Under the pieces are notes generated by a model. That model did no database searches, was not told where the DNA came from, and saw only the letters and a program-made list of their open reading frames with translations. A stretch of 63,920 bases of DNA, counting the filler, from Octopus bimaculoides (lineage: Eukaryota), in the NCBI RefSeq assembly GCF_001194135.2. It is 5 parts of 4 records of this genome, joined end to end, with 100 filler letters (N's around TTAATTAATTAA, not from the genome) between each part and the next. Parts side by side here need not be neighbours in the genome. Positions count along the whole stretch, not along the records: positions 58,812 to 63,920 come from NC_068996.1; 4 more parts are not named here. One strand, given 5' to 3'. Positions within the stretch are counted from its first letter, which is position 1, and the number at the start of each line of letters is the position of its first letter. The position numbers and the translations under genes were made by a program. This document shows, one piece after another, positions 62,860-63,920 of this stretch.

Positions 62860-63215
62860 CTCCTACTATTCTTCATGTTGGGGTGAGAGTAGCAGTAGGC
62901 ATAGAGATGGTGAGAGTGGTTGTAGATTGACAGTTGTGATGGTAATGGGGTGATAGTAATAGTATGAGCTGTAGTTGTGATAGAGGCGGAGACAACAGTG
63001 GTGGTGGTGGTGGTGCTGATGATGATTGTGGTGGTGGTAGTGGTGGTGGTGGTAGCTGTGGGAGTCAAGCATGATGGTGATAGTAAGTGATGTGAAATAC
63101 AGTGGTGATGGTGGAGGGGAAGGCGGCGAAGTCAAAGGTGTTGATGGTGGTGGCATGAGAAGTCTGAATGGTGTGTATGGCAGTTGTTGTGGCGATGGTG
63201 GTGGTATTGGTGATG
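62860..63215. repeat. Degenerate (GGT)/(GAT) low-complexity tract
   Basis: Seen directly. Confidence 0.8.
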
Positions 63216-63304
63216 GTTGAAAACAAAGAAAGAGAGAGAGAAAGAAAGAGGTTAAACAGAAAAAAAGCCACCCAATACGGTGGCTTTTAAGCTAGTATAT
63301 ATAT

Positions 63305-63487
63305 ATAAAAACATATATATATATGATGGGCTTCTTTCAGTTTCCATCTACCAAATCCACTCACAAAGCTTTGTCAGGCCCAAAGCTATACTAGAAGACA
63401 CTTGCCCAAAGTGCTGTGCAGTGGGACTGAACCTGGAAGCATATGGTTGGGAAGCAAACTACTTACCATACAGTCACTCCCGTGCCT
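63305..63487 (-). mobile_element. SINE family A 5' half, CpG-decayed
   Basis: GATGGGCTTCTTTCAGTTTCCATCTACCAAATCCACTCAC..CAGTCACTCCCGTGCCT. Confidence 0.9.
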
Positions 63488-63920
63488 CCACACAGCTACT
63501 CCTGCATATTTCAGGAGTTATTTGCTCCTTGTTCGGCACCACAATGTATTTGTGGATGGTTAATAAGTTGGATAAGTTTAAGAAGGAGCAAGAAATCTTA
63601 AAATATGCATCTACACCCATTTCCTATATTTTCTACCTATGATCGCTTTGTTTACATGAATGTATTTGCATGCAAAATGTTGTAACTTTCAGTGTTGGCT
63701 CTGAATCCTGTAGGAAATCTGTGGGACAGTCATTATTTTAACAGAACACATCTTGTAATCACCTGAAGAGACACATCTACGTCAACAGATATGCCTGAAC
63801 CAGATGTTAAGTATCCTACTCATGAGAGATCAATGCTAGATGGGTCAAAACAATTGTAATGATTAATAAACATTCTTGTATGTTCCATCTTCTGTCTCGT
63901 TAATCATATATATATATATA

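Noticed and set aside
63280-63880. Open frames on both strands near the window end (e.g. GVICSLFGTTMYLW..)
   Set aside because: The ORF begins in a SINE, both strands give equally plausible peptides and no consistent splice pair was found.

Overview
AT-rich animal genomic DNA packed with microsatellites and N-gaps. The repeat content looks like an octopus genome; this is an inference from recognisable tRNA-derived SINE families, RTE/Dong/CR1/L1 LINE relics and mariners, not a database match. There is no long intact host ORF, and nearly all ORF-track entries are microsatellite, N-gap or antisense artefacts. Supported content: (i) many SINE copies of four tRNA-headed families; (ii) LINE relics: Dong/R4 x2, CR1/Jockey-like x3, L1/Tx1 x3 and one young RTE with its 3' UTR; (iii) mariner/Tc1 relics, a clean solo LTR with TSD and a very decayed Gypsy-like pol; (iv) a set of minimal type-I hammerhead-ribozyme motifs of the Penelope/retrozyme kind, several with long structured stem-II insertions and adjacent foldbacks, the best at 25754-25831 (-); (v) a phase-consistent two-exon candidate gene start on the minus strand (59101-59162 and 58837-58937) inside a CpG-decayed block that begins at a gap; (vi) four identical 100-bp N44-TTAATTAATTAA-N44 spacers that are assembly joins, so contiguity across them is unproven. 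All alignments and folds were done by eye.
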